Shown: piece after piece, positions 20,137-29,650 of the stretch
How positions within the stretch are numbered: position 1 is the stretch's first letter
Layout of the letters: every line of letters starts with the position of its first letter
Origin: Deltaproteobacteria bacterium
Lineage (GTDB): Bacteria; Myxococcota_A; UBA9160; SMWR01
DNA length: 64,000 nucleotides
Assembly: GCA_032128115.1 (NCBI GenBank)
Contig: JAQBHB010000031.1
Span: forward strand, 99,113 to 163,112
Direction: 5' to 3'
The notes under the pieces: model-generated
Databases searched by the model: none
What the model was told of the DNA's origin: nothing
The model's input: the letters and a program-made list of their open reading frames with translations, nothing else
Made by a program: the position numbers and the translations under genes

Positions 20137-21248
20137 CGCTCATTCCGGAGCGCCACCGGGGGCATGGGCGCCTCGATCAGGGTTCCGTCGGGCTGTCGCA
20201 GCATCACTCGATCGCCGTCGCTGAGCGTGCTCTGGCCGCGCGAGACGATCAGGTCACCGGGCTCGAGGCCCTCGGTCACCTCGACGCTGCCTTCCTGGTA
20301 GGCGCCGGTCTGGATCACGACGCGCTCGACCCGGCTGTCGTCCGCCAGGCGGAACACGACGGCACCGTCGCCCCGCTGCAGCACCGCCTCCTCGGGAATC
20401 ATGGCAACGCCACGACGCGTGGAGAGGCCCACCTCGACCCGGGCGAACAGGCCGGGCCGCAGCAACCGCTCCGCGTTGCCCAGTTCGGCGCGAATGCGCA
20501 GCGTGCGCGTGCGCGAGTCGATCGTGGGTGATACGGCCGTGACCACTGCGGGAAACACCCGATCGGGATGGGGTGCCACCCGGATCCCCACCTGTTGGCC
20601 GCGCTCCACCCGCGCCGAGTCCACCTCGGGCAGGTGGAACTCCACCTGGATGGGATCCAGCGCCACCAGTTCGAAGAGCGGGGTTCCCTCGCTCACAAAC
20701 TGGCCCCGCCCCACCATGCGCTGCGCGATGAAGCCCGAGAAGGGCGCCATCACCTGGGCGTCGCGCAGCTCGCGCTCGGCCACGCCGAGATCGGCCTGTG
20801 CAGCCAGCTGTCGCGACCGCGTGCGCTCGAGCGCGGTATTCGCCTGATCCAGCTGCGTCTCCGAGGCCACGCCGCGCTGGTGCAGCTCGGCGATGCGCTT
20901 GTATTCGCGCTCCTTGTCCCTGGTGGACAACGCGGCTTCGTCCGCTCCGGCCCGAACCCGATCGAGTTCCAGACGGCGGCGTTCGGGATCGATCAGCATC
21001 ACCACGTCGCCGGCCAGGGCTTCCTGACTCTCGTCAAGCAGGATCTCGGTGATCCGCCCGCCCACCTCGGCGGAGATCGGGGCGCGCTCCAAGGCGATCA
21101 GCTCTCCGGTGGCCTCGATGTGATCCACCAGGTCCACCCGGCGCACCGTCTCGAGGGACACCGGGTGCCCGGTCGCAGACTCTTCTTCGGCGGCAGGCGA
21201 GCAGGCCACGCACATCGCGAGTCCCAGCAGCAGTGCCTTCATCCTCAT
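20133..21248 (-). CDS. RND periplasmic adaptor (MFP) lipoprotein
   Basis: Lipobox VA-C; APFSG, LRPGLFARV; 4-bp overlap with the permease. Confidence 0.92.
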   Translation of the reverse strand: MRMKALLLGLAMCVACSPAAEEESATGHPVSLETVRRVDLVDHIEATGELIALERAPISAEVGGRITEILLDESQEALAGDVVMLIDPERRRLELDRVRAGADEAALSTRDKEREYKRIAELHQRGVASETQLDQANTALERTRSRQLAAQADLGVAERELRDAQVMAPFSGFIAQRMVGRGQFVSEGTPLFELVALDPIQVEFHLPEVDSARVERGQQVGIRVAPHPDRVFPAVVTAVSPTIDSRTRTLRIRAELGNAERLLRPGLFARVEVGLSTRRGVAMIPEEAVLQRGDGAVVFRLADDSRVERVVIQTGAYQEGSVEVTEGLEPGDLIVSRGQSTLSDGDRVMLRQPDGTLIEAPMPPVALRNER

Positions 21249-21901
21249 GATCCCAGCCTCTCTTTGCGCCGGCGCGATCCGCCGTTCTCGCGCGGAGCAC
21301 TCGATAGAAGCCCGGTCATCAGGGAGTCGAGCGACGTATCGAGGAGCGTCTTCGACCAGCCCTCGTTGGGGCGCGCGGTCTGCATGGAGATCACGCCGTG
21401 AAGCAGCACCCACAGGCACTGCTTGGTTTCTTCCACACCGTGCGCGCCCAGGCGCCCCGCCTCGGCCAGGCTCACGATGGGCGCCTCGAAGAACTCGCGG
21501 GCCTCTTCGGCGGCGGCCGGCGGCGGCGAATCTTCGGGCCGCGGAACGGTGAGCAACTGGTAGTGGATGGGATTCTGCAGGCCGAATTCGACGAAGGCCT
21601 TCGCCATCGCCTTCAGGGTGGCCACCGGGTCGTCTTCCCGGCGCACATGCCGCAGCCGGGCCAGCAACCGCCGCAGGCGCTCATCCACCAGGGCGTCGAT
21701 CACACCCAGCTTGTCGCCGAAATGGTGGTAGATCGTGGGCGACGTGTAGCCGCAGCGGTCGGCCAGGCGGCGCATGGTGAAGGCCTCGTAGCCATCCTCC
21801 AACAGCAGGGCCTCGCTGGCGTCCAGGATGGCGCGCTGGGCCTCCTCCCGATGCTGGAGGCGCCGGCGCTCAGCCGGGGTTCCGGTCAACTCCGGGGCCA
21901 T
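21245..21901 (-). CDS. TetR/AcrR family regulator
   Basis: TMRRLADRCGYTSPTIYHHFGDK HTH; first gene of the efflux operon. Confidence 0.92.
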   Translation of the reverse strand: MAPELTGTPAERRRLQHREEAQRAILDASEALLLEDGYEAFTMRRLADRCGYTSPTIYHHFGDKLGVIDALVDERLRRLLARLRHVRREDDPVATLKAMAKAFVEFGLQNPIHYQLLTVPRPEDSPPPAAAEEAREFFEAPIVSLAEAGRLGAHGVEETKQCLWVLLHGVISMQTARPNEGWSKTLLDTSLDSLMTGLLSSAPRENGGSRRRKERLGS

Positions 21902-21942
21902 GAGAACCTCGCTGCGGCCGGACGGCTGCGGGCCGGCTGGCA

Positions 21943-21991
21943 GAACACTGTGATGGTCATATAACGACGTTAGAGCACCATAACAGCGTTC
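21943..21991. promoter_or_regulatory. Three tandem TAAC-N3-GTTA-like operators, probable TetR sites
   Basis: GAACACTGTGA 21943, TAACGACGTTA 21962, TAACAGCGTTC 21981; 19-bp periodicity in the tetR/tesB divergent gap. Confidence 0.7.
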
Positions 21992-22047
21992 GCTAGATCC
22001 GGGAGCGGCACGGAGGCGATTGGGGGGCGCTGCTATCCTGCGCGCCC

Positions 22048-22893
22048 GTGGCTGAGGCCAAACCCGGACCGCTGGCCCGCCTGCTGGCCTGTCTCGACCT
22101 GGACACCCTCGACAGGGACCTGTTTCTTGGCGACCCGGGCCCTGGCGAGGGGCGGCTGTTCGGCGGCATGGTGGCGGCCCAGTGCGTGATGGCGGCCGGC
22201 CTCACCGTGGATCGCGACCGCCACCTGCATTCACTTCACAGCTATTTCCTGCGCCCCGGGCGTCACGACGTACCCATCCGCATGCTGGTGGATCGCATCC
22301 GCGACGGGCGCACCTTCACCACGCGACGGGTCCAGGCTCACCAGGCGGGCGAGGCGATCTTCAGCATGTCCGCGAGCTTTGCGCTGCCCGAGGAGGGCAT
22401 CTCCCACCAGGGGCCCGTGCCCGAGGCGCCGGGACCCGAGAATCTTCCCGAGTGGGAGGAGGTGCGGGCGCGCATCGCCGGGGCACCCAAGCGCATCGAG
22501 GCCAACGCGGTCCAGCTGCGGATGGTGGACCCGCCGCCCATGTCACCGGACGACCGCAGCCCCGCCTACCAGCGCAGCTGGATGCGCGTGGGGGGCGAGC
22601 TGCCCGACGACCGCCTGCTCCACACGGCCCTGCTCGTGTTCGCCACCGACCGGACCCTGCTGATGACCGCCGCGCGCCCCCACGGTCTTCCCTGGGGCCG
22701 CCGCATGAGTGCCAGCCTGGACCACTCGGTGTGGATCCACCGTCCTGTGTACTTCGAGGACTGGCTGCTCTATGTGAGCGAGAGCCCGGTGGCCCACGCC
22801 GCGCGCGGCCTCATCTTCGGGGGCCTCTACGACACAAAGGGCCAACGCGTGGCATCGGTGGCCCAGGAGGGCCTGATCCGCTCGCTCAAGTAG
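22048..22893 (+). CDS. tesB: Acyl-CoA thioesterase II
   Basis: LFGGMVAAQ, HSLHSYFLRPG, IRDGRTF, ASLDHSVWIH, SVAQEG. Confidence 0.92.
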   Translation: MAEAKPGPLARLLACLDLDTLDRDLFLGDPGPGEGRLFGGMVAAQCVMAAGLTVDRDRHLHSLHSYFLRPGRHDVPIRMLVDRIRDGRTFTTRRVQAHQAGEAIFSMSASFALPEEGISHQGPVPEAPGPENLPEWEEVRARIAGAPKRIEANAVQLRMVDPPPMSPDDRSPAYQRSWMRVGGELPDDRLLHTALLVFATDRTLLMTAARPHGLPWGRRMSASLDHSVWIHRPVYFEDWLLYVSESPVAHAARGLIFGGLYDTKGQRVASVAQEGLIRSLK

Positions 22894-25546
22894 CGGACTC
22901 GCGCTCCTCGAACTCGGCGTCGGAGATCTGGAAGGCGCCGTCTTCGAGGGCTGGCGATGCTTCAAGCGTATGCGTCGCGACCCGCGCGCCCGCCAACACG
23001 TCGCCGAGCACGGGGGCCAGCCGCTCGAGCGTCGCCGGGTTGGCAGCCAGGCTCAGCCTCGCGACCCCGCGCCCCATGGAGACCTCGGCGTCCGACTTGC
23101 TCTTGTTGATGGCGTTCCAACACGAGATGCCCAGCGCGAAGCTTTCCGCATCCGAAGGGGCCGGCGCCGACGCGAAGTCGGCTTCTCCGGGCCAGGACGC
23201 CCGGTGGATGCTGGGCTCGCCCTTCTCGTCGGCGAAGGTCCACGACCACACCTCCTCGGTCACGTAGGGAAGGAACGGCGCGAACAGGCGCAGCAGTACG
23301 TCGAGCCCCAATCGGAGCGCCGCCACCGCCGAGGCGCGCCCCACCGGATCCTCTTCGCTGCGGGCGCGCACCTTGGCCAGCTCGATGAAGCTATCGGTGA
23401 AGCGCGTCCAGAAGAAGGTCTCGGTATCCGTGAGCGCTTGCGCGTGATTGAATTCCTCGAACGAGCGGGTGGCGCGCACCACGAGCGCGTGGAGCTCGGC
23501 AACGAAGGCGCGATCGATTTCCGCCTCGATCGGGCCCGCCTCGGCCGTCTGCGACAACACGAACTTTCCGGCGTTGAAGATCTTCGTGGCCAGACGCTTT
23601 CCGATCTTGAATACCTTCTCGTCCTCGGTGGTGTCGGTTCCCAGTCGCGCGCTTGCCGACCAGTAGCGGGCCCCGTCCGCCGTGTACTTCTCGATCAACG
23701 GCATGGGGGTGGTCACGTTGCCCTGGCTCTTGGCCATCTTCTTGCGATCGGGATCCAGGACCCAACCCGACACGACCACGTGGTGCCACGGGATGCAGTT
23801 CTCGTGGAGCATGGCCTTGGCGATGGTGTAGAAGGCCCAGGTGCGGATGATCTCGTGGCTCTGGGGCCGGATGTCCGCCGGGAAGAGCCGCGCGTGGCGC
23901 TCCGGGTCGAGCGCCCAGTGGGAGCCGATCTGGGGCGTGAGTGAACTGGTGAACCAGGTATCGAAGATGTCGGTCTCGCCGGTGAAGCCGCCCGGCTGAT
24001 CGCGCTGGCTCGCGTTGAATCCCACGGGCACGTCGCTGGTGGGATCCACCGGCAGCTGCTCGCGTTCGGCCACCAGGGGTCGGTCGTAGTTCCGGCCGCC
24101 CGCGCCATCCAGCGGATACCAGACGGGAATGGGCACCCCGAAGTAACGCTGGCGACTCACGCACCAGTCCAGGTTCAGACCTTCGGTCCAGTCGCGGTAG
24201 CGCGCGTGCATGAAGGACGGGTGCCACTGGATCTGTTCACCCTTGGCCAGGAGCTCCGCCTTCTTGTCCAGCAGCCGCACGAACCACTGCCGGGTGGGAA
24301 CGAACTCGAGCGGCCGGTCTCCCTTCTCGTAGAACTTCACGGCGTGCTCGATGGGTTCTGGCTCACCCTGCAGCGGCGCTCCCGAACCCGTGGCGCTGCC
24401 CGCCGGGTCGCGCAACAGCTCTTCGATGCGCTTGCGAGCCTGGTTCACGTTCTTCCCGGCGAGTTCGGCGTAGAAGCGGTTGGCCGCATCCGGATCGCTG
24501 CTGGGAAAGTCCTCGCTGCCGAATGTCACCGATGCGAGGCGGCCGTCGCGACCCACCAGCTGGCGCAGGGCCAGGCCCCGCTCGCGCCACCAGTGGACGT
24601 CCGTAGCATCGCCGAAGGTACAGACCATCAGCACGCCCGTGCCCTTGCCCGGGTCGGCCAGCTCGCTCGCGAAGATCGGCACCGGAGCGCGGAAGAGCGG
24701 GGTGGTGGCGCTCTTCCCGAACAGGTCGCGGTAGCGCTCATCGTCGGGATGGGCCGTCACGCCCACGCACGCGGGCAACAGCTCGGGGCGCGTAGTGGCG
24801 ATCACGAAGGAGCGGTCCGAGCCTTCCACGCCGAACTCGAGCCGGTAGTAGGCCCCGGGCCGGGGGCGGTCTTCCATCTCCGCCTGGGCCACCGCGGTCT
24901 GGAAGTCCACGTCCCAGCTGGTGGGCGAGTCCGTGTTGTAGACGTGGCCCTTCTCGAACAGATCCCGAAACGAGAGCTGGGCCAGGTGCCGACTGCGGGA
25001 GTCGATGGTGGCGTACTGCTGGCTCCAGTCCACGGACAGACCGATGCGCCGCCACAGATCCTCGAAGCTGCGCTCGTCCTCGCGCGTCACATCGTGACAG
25101 AGCCCGATGAAATCGTTGCGCGCCACCAGTCGCGGGCGTTCCTTTCTCTGCTTCGCGGTGGCGGGCGAGAGGGACAGCCCCGGTTCGGGCTCGGCCCGGG
25201 GATCGCAGCGCACGTGGAAGTAGTTCTGGACGCGACGCTCGGTGGGCAGTCCGTTGTCGTCCCAACCCATGGGGTAGAAGACGTTCATCCCGCACATGCG
25301 CTTGTAGCGCGCCACCACGTCCGTGTGGGTGTACGAGAAGACGTGCCCGATGTGCAGCGAGCCCGACACAGTGGGCGGCGGCGTATCGACGACGAAGGTT
25401 TCGGCCCGCGAGCACGAGGGGTCGTAGCGGTAGGTGCCCCGCTTCTCCCACTCGGCATCCCATCGTTGTTCCGCGCCGGCGGCGTCGAAGTGCTTCGCGA
25501 TCGTCGCCGGATCGATGGAGTGGACCCGCTTCTTCTCGCCGCTCAT
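22886..25546 (-). CDS. valS: Valine--tRNA ligase, type 2
   Basis: DTPPPTVSGSLHIGH, GWDDNGLPTE, TTRPE, RPQSHEIIRTW, KMAKS; no C-terminal coiled coil. Confidence 0.95.
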   Translation of the reverse strand: MSGEKKRVHSIDPATIAKHFDAAGAEQRWDAEWEKRGTYRYDPSCSRAETFVVDTPPPTVSGSLHIGHVFSYTHTDVVARYKRMCGMNVFYPMGWDDNGLPTERRVQNYFHVRCDPRAEPEPGLSLSPATAKQRKERPRLVARNDFIGLCHDVTREDERSFEDLWRRIGLSVDWSQQYATIDSRSRHLAQLSFRDLFEKGHVYNTDSPTSWDVDFQTAVAQAEMEDRPRPGAYYRLEFGVEGSDRSFVIATTRPELLPACVGVTAHPDDERYRDLFGKSATTPLFRAPVPIFASELADPGKGTGVLMVCTFGDATDVHWWRERGLALRQLVGRDGRLASVTFGSEDFPSSDPDAANRFYAELAGKNVNQARKRIEELLRDPAGSATGSGAPLQGEPEPIEHAVKFYEKGDRPLEFVPTRQWFVRLLDKKAELLAKGEQIQWHPSFMHARYRDWTEGLNLDWCVSRQRYFGVPIPVWYPLDGAGGRNYDRPLVAEREQLPVDPTSDVPVGFNASQRDQPGGFTGETDIFDTWFTSSLTPQIGSHWALDPERHARLFPADIRPQSHEIIRTWAFYTIAKAMLHENCIPWHHVVVSGWVLDPDRKKMAKSQGNVTTPMPLIEKYTADGARYWSASARLGTDTTEDEKVFKIGKRLATKIFNAGKFVLSQTAEAGPIEAEIDRAFVAELHALVVRATRSFEEFNHAQALTDTETFFWTRFTDSFIELAKVRARSEEDPVGRASAVAALRLGLDVLLRLFAPFLPYVTEEVWSWTFADEKGEPSIHRASWPGEADFASAPAPSDAESFALGISCWNAINKSKSDAEVSMGRGVARLSLAANPATLERLAPVLGDVLAGARVATHTLEASPALEDGAFQISDAEFEERESAT

Positions 25547-25622
25547 CGCAGGCCTCTTTGCTCGAGGAACTCGCGAGCATAAACCAGGCGCCCGGGGGCC
25601 ACCCGCACGGGCGCTCGCGCCG

Positions 25623-27212
25623 TCAGGATCGGGGCCGGCGCATGGGCACGAAGGCGGTCTGGACACCGCGTTGCACCAGCAGCAGTGCGCGAACGCCCGT
25701 GGCGTCGAGTTTCTGGTCCAGGTCGGCCGCGCTGGCCACCGGCGCCCGGTTCACCTCCAGAAGCAGATCGCCCTTGCGAAGGCCCGCCCGTCCGGCGGGC
25801 TCCCCGGGCGTGACATCGCGCACCAGAACGCCTCCCCGGCTGCGCGCACCCAGACGCTTTCGCTGGGCCGGGGTCAGATCGGCTACCTCCAACCCGAAAG
25901 CCGCGGCCCCACCGGTAGGCGCTTTCGCGCGGACCGCCAGGGTGGGCTCGGGCAGTTGTCCCACTCGGACGCGCAGGGTGTCGGGGCTGCCTTCGCGCAC
26001 GATGTCCACGTTCACGCTGTCGCCCACCGAGGTGCGCGACACCAGGCGCGGAAGGTCCCGCATACGCTGCACCGGCTCGCCGCCGAAGCCAACGATCAGA
26101 TCGCCGCGCTGGATTCCCGCCTCGTCGGCGGGACTCCCGGACGCCACCGAGCCCACCAGGGCTCCGACACCCGCGTCGATCTGCAGTGCCTCGGCGAGCT
26201 CCGGGGTCACGCTCTGGATGCTCACACCCAGCCAACCTCGCGTGACCCGGCCCTGCTCGCGGAGTTGGGGAAGGATCTCCTTCGCCACGTCGATGGGCAC
26301 GGCGAAGCCGATGGTGTTGGCGCGGGGGTTGATCGCGGTGTTGATCCCGATCACCTGTCCCGCCACGTTGAGCAGGGGCCCGCCCGAGTTGCCCGGATTG
26401 ATGGCCGCATCGGTCTGGATGAAGTCGTCGTAGGGACCCTGGCCAATGTCGCGGCCCTTGGCGCTCACGATCCCTACCGTCACCGTGTGCTCGAGCCCGA
26501 ACGGGTTGCCAATGGCCACCACCCAGTCGCCCGGGAGCACCGCCTCGGAGCTGCCCAGCGTGAGTGGATGGAGATCCTGGCGGCCTTCCACACGGATCAG
26601 GGCAATGTCGGTCTTGGGATCCTGACCCACGATCACCGCCGGTGACGCGGAGCCGTCGAGGAACATCACCTGGATGCTGTCGACGCCGTCCACCACGTGG
26701 TAGTTGGTGACGATGTAACCATCCGCTGAGATCACGAAGCCCGTGCCCAGGCTCGGAACTTCGAACTCCTGGGGCCCCGGAGTGGCGCCCGGGCTTCGGC
26801 CCAGGAAGGGGAAGCCCGGGAGGTCGGGGGCCTGGACCACGGTTTTCGAGGTGGCCACCTTCACCACGCCGGGGGCCGCCCGGCTCGCCAGCTCGGCGAA
26901 CCGGGAGTGCTCGGGGGCGGCCGCGCCCGCCGGGGGCTCGAGCCAGAACGACCCCTCGCTGGGGGAGATGGCGGGGCTCGCCGGGGCCGCCGGCTCCGGG
27001 TCCCTGAGCGTGCCCATGCGGTGCAGGATTCCCGTCGAGGCCACCAGGATGCCCAGGCCGCAACCCACGGCCGTTCCCACCGCCACCTTCAGCCAACCCG
27101 TCAATCCAGGCCCTCCCGAGCGAACCAACCTGACGCCTCGCGAGCCCCCCGTCCAGGCATCGCCGTCCGGGGCCGCATCGCCCGTCCCAGGAGGCCTCCC
27201 GTCGCGCGACAT
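25623..27212 (-). CDS. HtrA/DegP serine protease with two PDZ domains (start uncertain)
   Basis: [26 protein letters not shown], two PDZ repeats. Confidence 0.92.
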   Translation of the reverse strand: MSRDGRPPGTGDAAPDGDAWTGGSRGVRLVRSGGPGLTGWLKVAVGTAVGCGLGILVASTGILHRMGTLRDPEPAAPASPAISPSEGSFWLEPPAGAAAPEHSRFAELASRAAPGVVKVATSKTVVQAPDLPGFPFLGRSPGATPGPQEFEVPSLGTGFVISADGYIVTNYHVVDGVDSIQVMFLDGSASPAVIVGQDPKTDIALIRVEGRQDLHPLTLGSSEAVLPGDWVVAIGNPFGLEHTVTVGIVSAKGRDIGQGPYDDFIQTDAAINPGNSGGPLLNVAGQVIGINTAINPRANTIGFAVPIDVAKEILPQLREQGRVTRGWLGVSIQSVTPELAEALQIDAGVGALVGSVASGSPADEAGIQRGDLIVGFGGEPVQRMRDLPRLVSRTSVGDSVNVDIVREGSPDTLRVRVGQLPEPTLAVRAKAPTGGAAAFGLEVADLTPAQRKRLGARSRGGVLVRDVTPGEPAGRAGLRKGDLLLEVNRAPVASAADLDQKLDATGVRALLLVQRGVQTAFVPMRRPRS

Positions 27213-27283
27213 GCTTGCGCGGGCCCGGACAGAGGGATAGCCTCCGTGCCCCCGGAGGGCACTCCCGGAGATTCGAGGACGTC

Positions 27284-27589
27284 ATGGCCAAGAAGTCCCA
27301 GGTGTTGCGCGATCTGCGCCGCGAAAAGCTGATCAAGAAATACGCAGCGAGGCGCGCCGAGCTGCGTGAGAAGCTCAGGGATACCAACGTCTCCGTAGAC
27401 GAGAAGCTCGAAGTCCAGGAGCAATTCGCCAAGCTGCCGCGCAACTCCTGCCCGACGCGTCTGAATCGGCGCTGCCGGATCTCGGGTCGCTCGCGCAGCT
27501 ACTACCGCAAGTTCGGAATCTCCCGCATCGCCCTTCGCGAGCTGGCGCTTCGGGGTCAGCTCCCCGGCATGCGCAAGTCGAGCTGGTAG
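27284..27589 (+). CDS. rpsN: 30S ribosomal protein S14, zinc-independent long form
   Basis: 101 aa MAKKS...[39 protein letters not shown]; no CxxC pairs. Confidence 0.95.
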   Translation: MAKKSQVLRDLRREKLIKKYAARRAELREKLRDTNVSVDEKLEVQEQFAKLPRNSCPTRLNRRCRISGRSRSYYRKFGISRIALRELALRGQLPGMRKSSW

Positions 27590-27598
27590 GGAGCCCCC

Positions 27599-27847
27599 GT
27601 GAAGGCCGACATCCATCCCGCCTACAACAAGGTGATCTTCATCGATACCGCCACGGGTAGCGAGTGGATTACGCGCTCGACCCTGTCGTCCAACGAGAAG
27701 CGTGAAGTGGACGGCGAGCAGATCCCGGTGGTGCGCCTGGAAATCTCGGCCTACAGCCATCCCTTCTGGACCGGCAAGATGCGGGAGATGGACGCGGACG
27801 GAAAGATCGATCGCTACCGTCGTCGCTACGCCAGCAAGAAGAAGTAG
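27599..27847 (+). CDS. rpmE2: 50S ribosomal protein L31 type B
   Basis: MKADIHPAY...EISAYSHPFWTGK; no cysteines. Confidence 0.93.
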   Translation: MKADIHPAYNKVIFIDTATGSEWITRSTLSSNEKREVDGEQIPVVRLEISAYSHPFWTGKMREMDADGKIDRYRRRYASKKK

Positions 27848-27862
27848 AGACCCGAGGAACCC

Positions 27863-28192
27863 ATGTCGCGCACCTGTCAGCTCACGGGGAAGGGCACCCA
27901 GTTCGGGCACAACGTCTCCCATTCGAATCGGAAGACGAATCGGCGTTTCCAGCCCAACCTTCAGAAGGCCACGCTGTTCAGCGAAGCGTTGCGCCGGGGC
28001 GTTGGGATTCGCGTCTCGACCCGGGCCCTGCGCTCGGTGGTGCGGGCCGGTGGCCTGGATTCCTACCTGCTGGGCACCGCCGATGAGAAACTCGCGCCGG
28101 TAGGGCTGCGCCTCAAGCGGCTGGTGAAGAAGACCGTGGCAGGCACCCCGGCGAAGAAGCCGCAGGCTGCGGCCGAAACCGCCTCCGCGTAG
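27863..28192 (+). CDS. rpmB: 50S ribosomal protein L28 (single-Cys, long form)
   Basis: [38 protein letters not shown]. Confidence 0.95.
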   Translation: MSRTCQLTGKGTQFGHNVSHSNRKTNRRFQPNLQKATLFSEALRRGVGIRVSTRALRSVVRAGGLDSYLLGTADEKLAPVGLRLKRLVKKTVAGTPAKKPQAAAETASA

Positions 28193-28209
28193 CTTCCCGG
28201 AGCCCCTCC

Positions 28210-28974
28210 ATGGCCTTTCACGGAAACGTCGCGCTTGTCACCGGCGGTGGCAGTGGCATGGGCCGGCTGGCCGCCCAACGACTCGCGGGCGCCGGCGCTT
28301 CTGTAGCCGCGGTGGACGTGAATGAAGCCGGCCTGCGCGAAACGGCAAGCGGCTTCGACAACCTGCACACCCACCCCCTGGACGTAACCGATGCCCAGGC
28401 CGTGCAGGCACGGGTGAAACAGATCGAATCCGACCTGGGCCCCATCGACCGCGTCTACAACGCCGCCGCCATCATGCCCACGGCGCTCCTGCTGGATCAG
28501 GATCTGGACGAGATCCACCGCATCATGGAGGTCAACTACGGCGGCCTGGTCAACGTGACCAAGTCTGTGCTTCCGGACATGCTCGAACGCGGCCGCGGAG
28601 ATCTGATCCAGTTCGCCTCGCTTGCAGGCTGGATTCCCACGCTCCACTTCGGCGCCTACAACGCCTCGAAGTTCGCCGTCGTCGCGTTCACGGAGGTCCT
28701 GTACCACGAGACCCGCGGGCGGGGTGTTCGCATCGCCTGTGTGTGTCCGCCGCCGGTGGCCACACCACTCCTGGCCCAGGCAAAGAGCCGCCCCAAGCTG
28801 CTTGACCAATCGCCGCCCATCGAGCCCTCGCTGGTGCTCGACGCCATCGAGCGCTCCCTGGAAGCCAGAAAGCTCTGGGTCTACCCGGGCCGCGGCTCGA
28901 CGGCCGCCTGGCGCATGCGCCGGCTCCTGCCGGGCCTGCTGTGGCGGCGCCTGCATCAGATCGAAGGCATCTGA
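28210..28974 (+). CDS. SDR oxidoreductase
   Basis: TGGGSGMG, YNASK. Confidence 0.9.
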   Translation: MAFHGNVALVTGGGSGMGRLAAQRLAGAGASVAAVDVNEAGLRETASGFDNLHTHPLDVTDAQAVQARVKQIESDLGPIDRVYNAAAIMPTALLLDQDLDEIHRIMEVNYGGLVNVTKSVLPDMLERGRGDLIQFASLAGWIPTLHFGAYNASKFAVVAFTEVLYHETRGRGVRIACVCPPPVATPLLAQAKSRPKLLDQSPPIEPSLVLDAIERSLEARKLWVYPGRGSTAAWRMRRLLPGLLWRRLHQIEGI

Positions 28975-29002
28975 ACACAACAGAGCATCTGAACACAACA
29001 GA
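28967..29002. repeat. Exact 18-bp tandem duplication including the SDR stop codon
   Basis: GCATCTGAACACAACAGA x2. Confidence 0.95.
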
Positions 29003-29061
29003 ACAACTGGCAAGCCCAGGGAACCGGGCTCTTGCGGGCCCGCTGCAACGGCTTGTCAAGC
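28985..29061 (-). mobile_element. Degenerate integron attC-like site after the MAPEG gene
   Basis: Minus strand GCTTGAC-AAGCC-GTTGCAGCGGGCC (R''/L''-like, overlapping the stop codon) ... GTTCAGATGC (R'-like). Confidence 0.4.
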
Positions 29062-29484
29062 GGAAGACGTGAGCAGGGCGGCCAGGAGGCAGACCCAGAT
29101 CCCTGCCAGAAAGATCAGGCTGACACCGAACGTCGAAAAGCGTGCGGTCACGTTGTTTGCGCCCAGATGAACAAACGAATGGACACACCGCGTCAAGAAA
29201 AACAGCCAGGCGAGAACGACCGACAACACGGTGACCGAGCCAGTTGCATAGGTGAAAAGAATTCCGACGTAGAATAGCGGCGGAATCTCAAAATGATTCT
29301 GCACGTGCCGCGAGAGGAGATGGAGACGCTCCGGCTGACTGCCCTCGTTGAACGTACGGAAATACTTGATGCTGACACTGCGATTGTGGATCGCCGTGTA
29401 TCGAGAGACGCCCAACCACACCATCACGCCCATGGTGAGGGAGAACATCGCAATTCCAGGGTACAGGATCGCCGTCGGAGCCAT
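29056..29484 (-). CDS. MAPEG family membrane protein
   Basis: QNHFEIPPLFY, RCVHSFVH; hydrophobic helices; AGGAGG SD; visibly more AT-rich. Confidence 0.85.
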   Translation of the reverse strand: MAPTAILYPGIAMFSLTMGVMVWLGVSRYTAIHNRSVSIKYFRTFNEGSQPERLHLLSRHVQNHFEIPPLFYVGILFTYATGSVTVLSVVLAWLFFLTRCVHSFVHLGANNVTARFSTFGVSLIFLAGIWVCLLAALLTSSA

Positions 29485-29608
29485 TCGCCCCTCCTGTAAT
29501 GCAGACGATGCCGGTTGCCGCCCATCGCGCCAGCTACGGGCGTGAAGCAGCGTGGCACAGGCCGCCGACCGTTGCTGAGGCCACCCAGGTTCAGTGCCAG
29601 AACCCAAT

Positions 29609-29650
29609 CACGGAGCGGAATGTCACTGACACGGAGCGGAATGTCACTGA
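29609..29650. repeat. Exact 21-bp tandem duplication including the arylsulfatase stop codon
   Basis: CACGGAGCGGAATGTCACTGA x2. Confidence 0.95.

Noticed and set aside
17026..20301. Very long antisense or alternative-frame ORFs (e.g. 17026-20301, 3171-6245, 10138-12648, 59781-61862)
   Set aside because: Shadows of real genes caused by high GC3 codon bias; Arg/Gly/His-rich with no motifs
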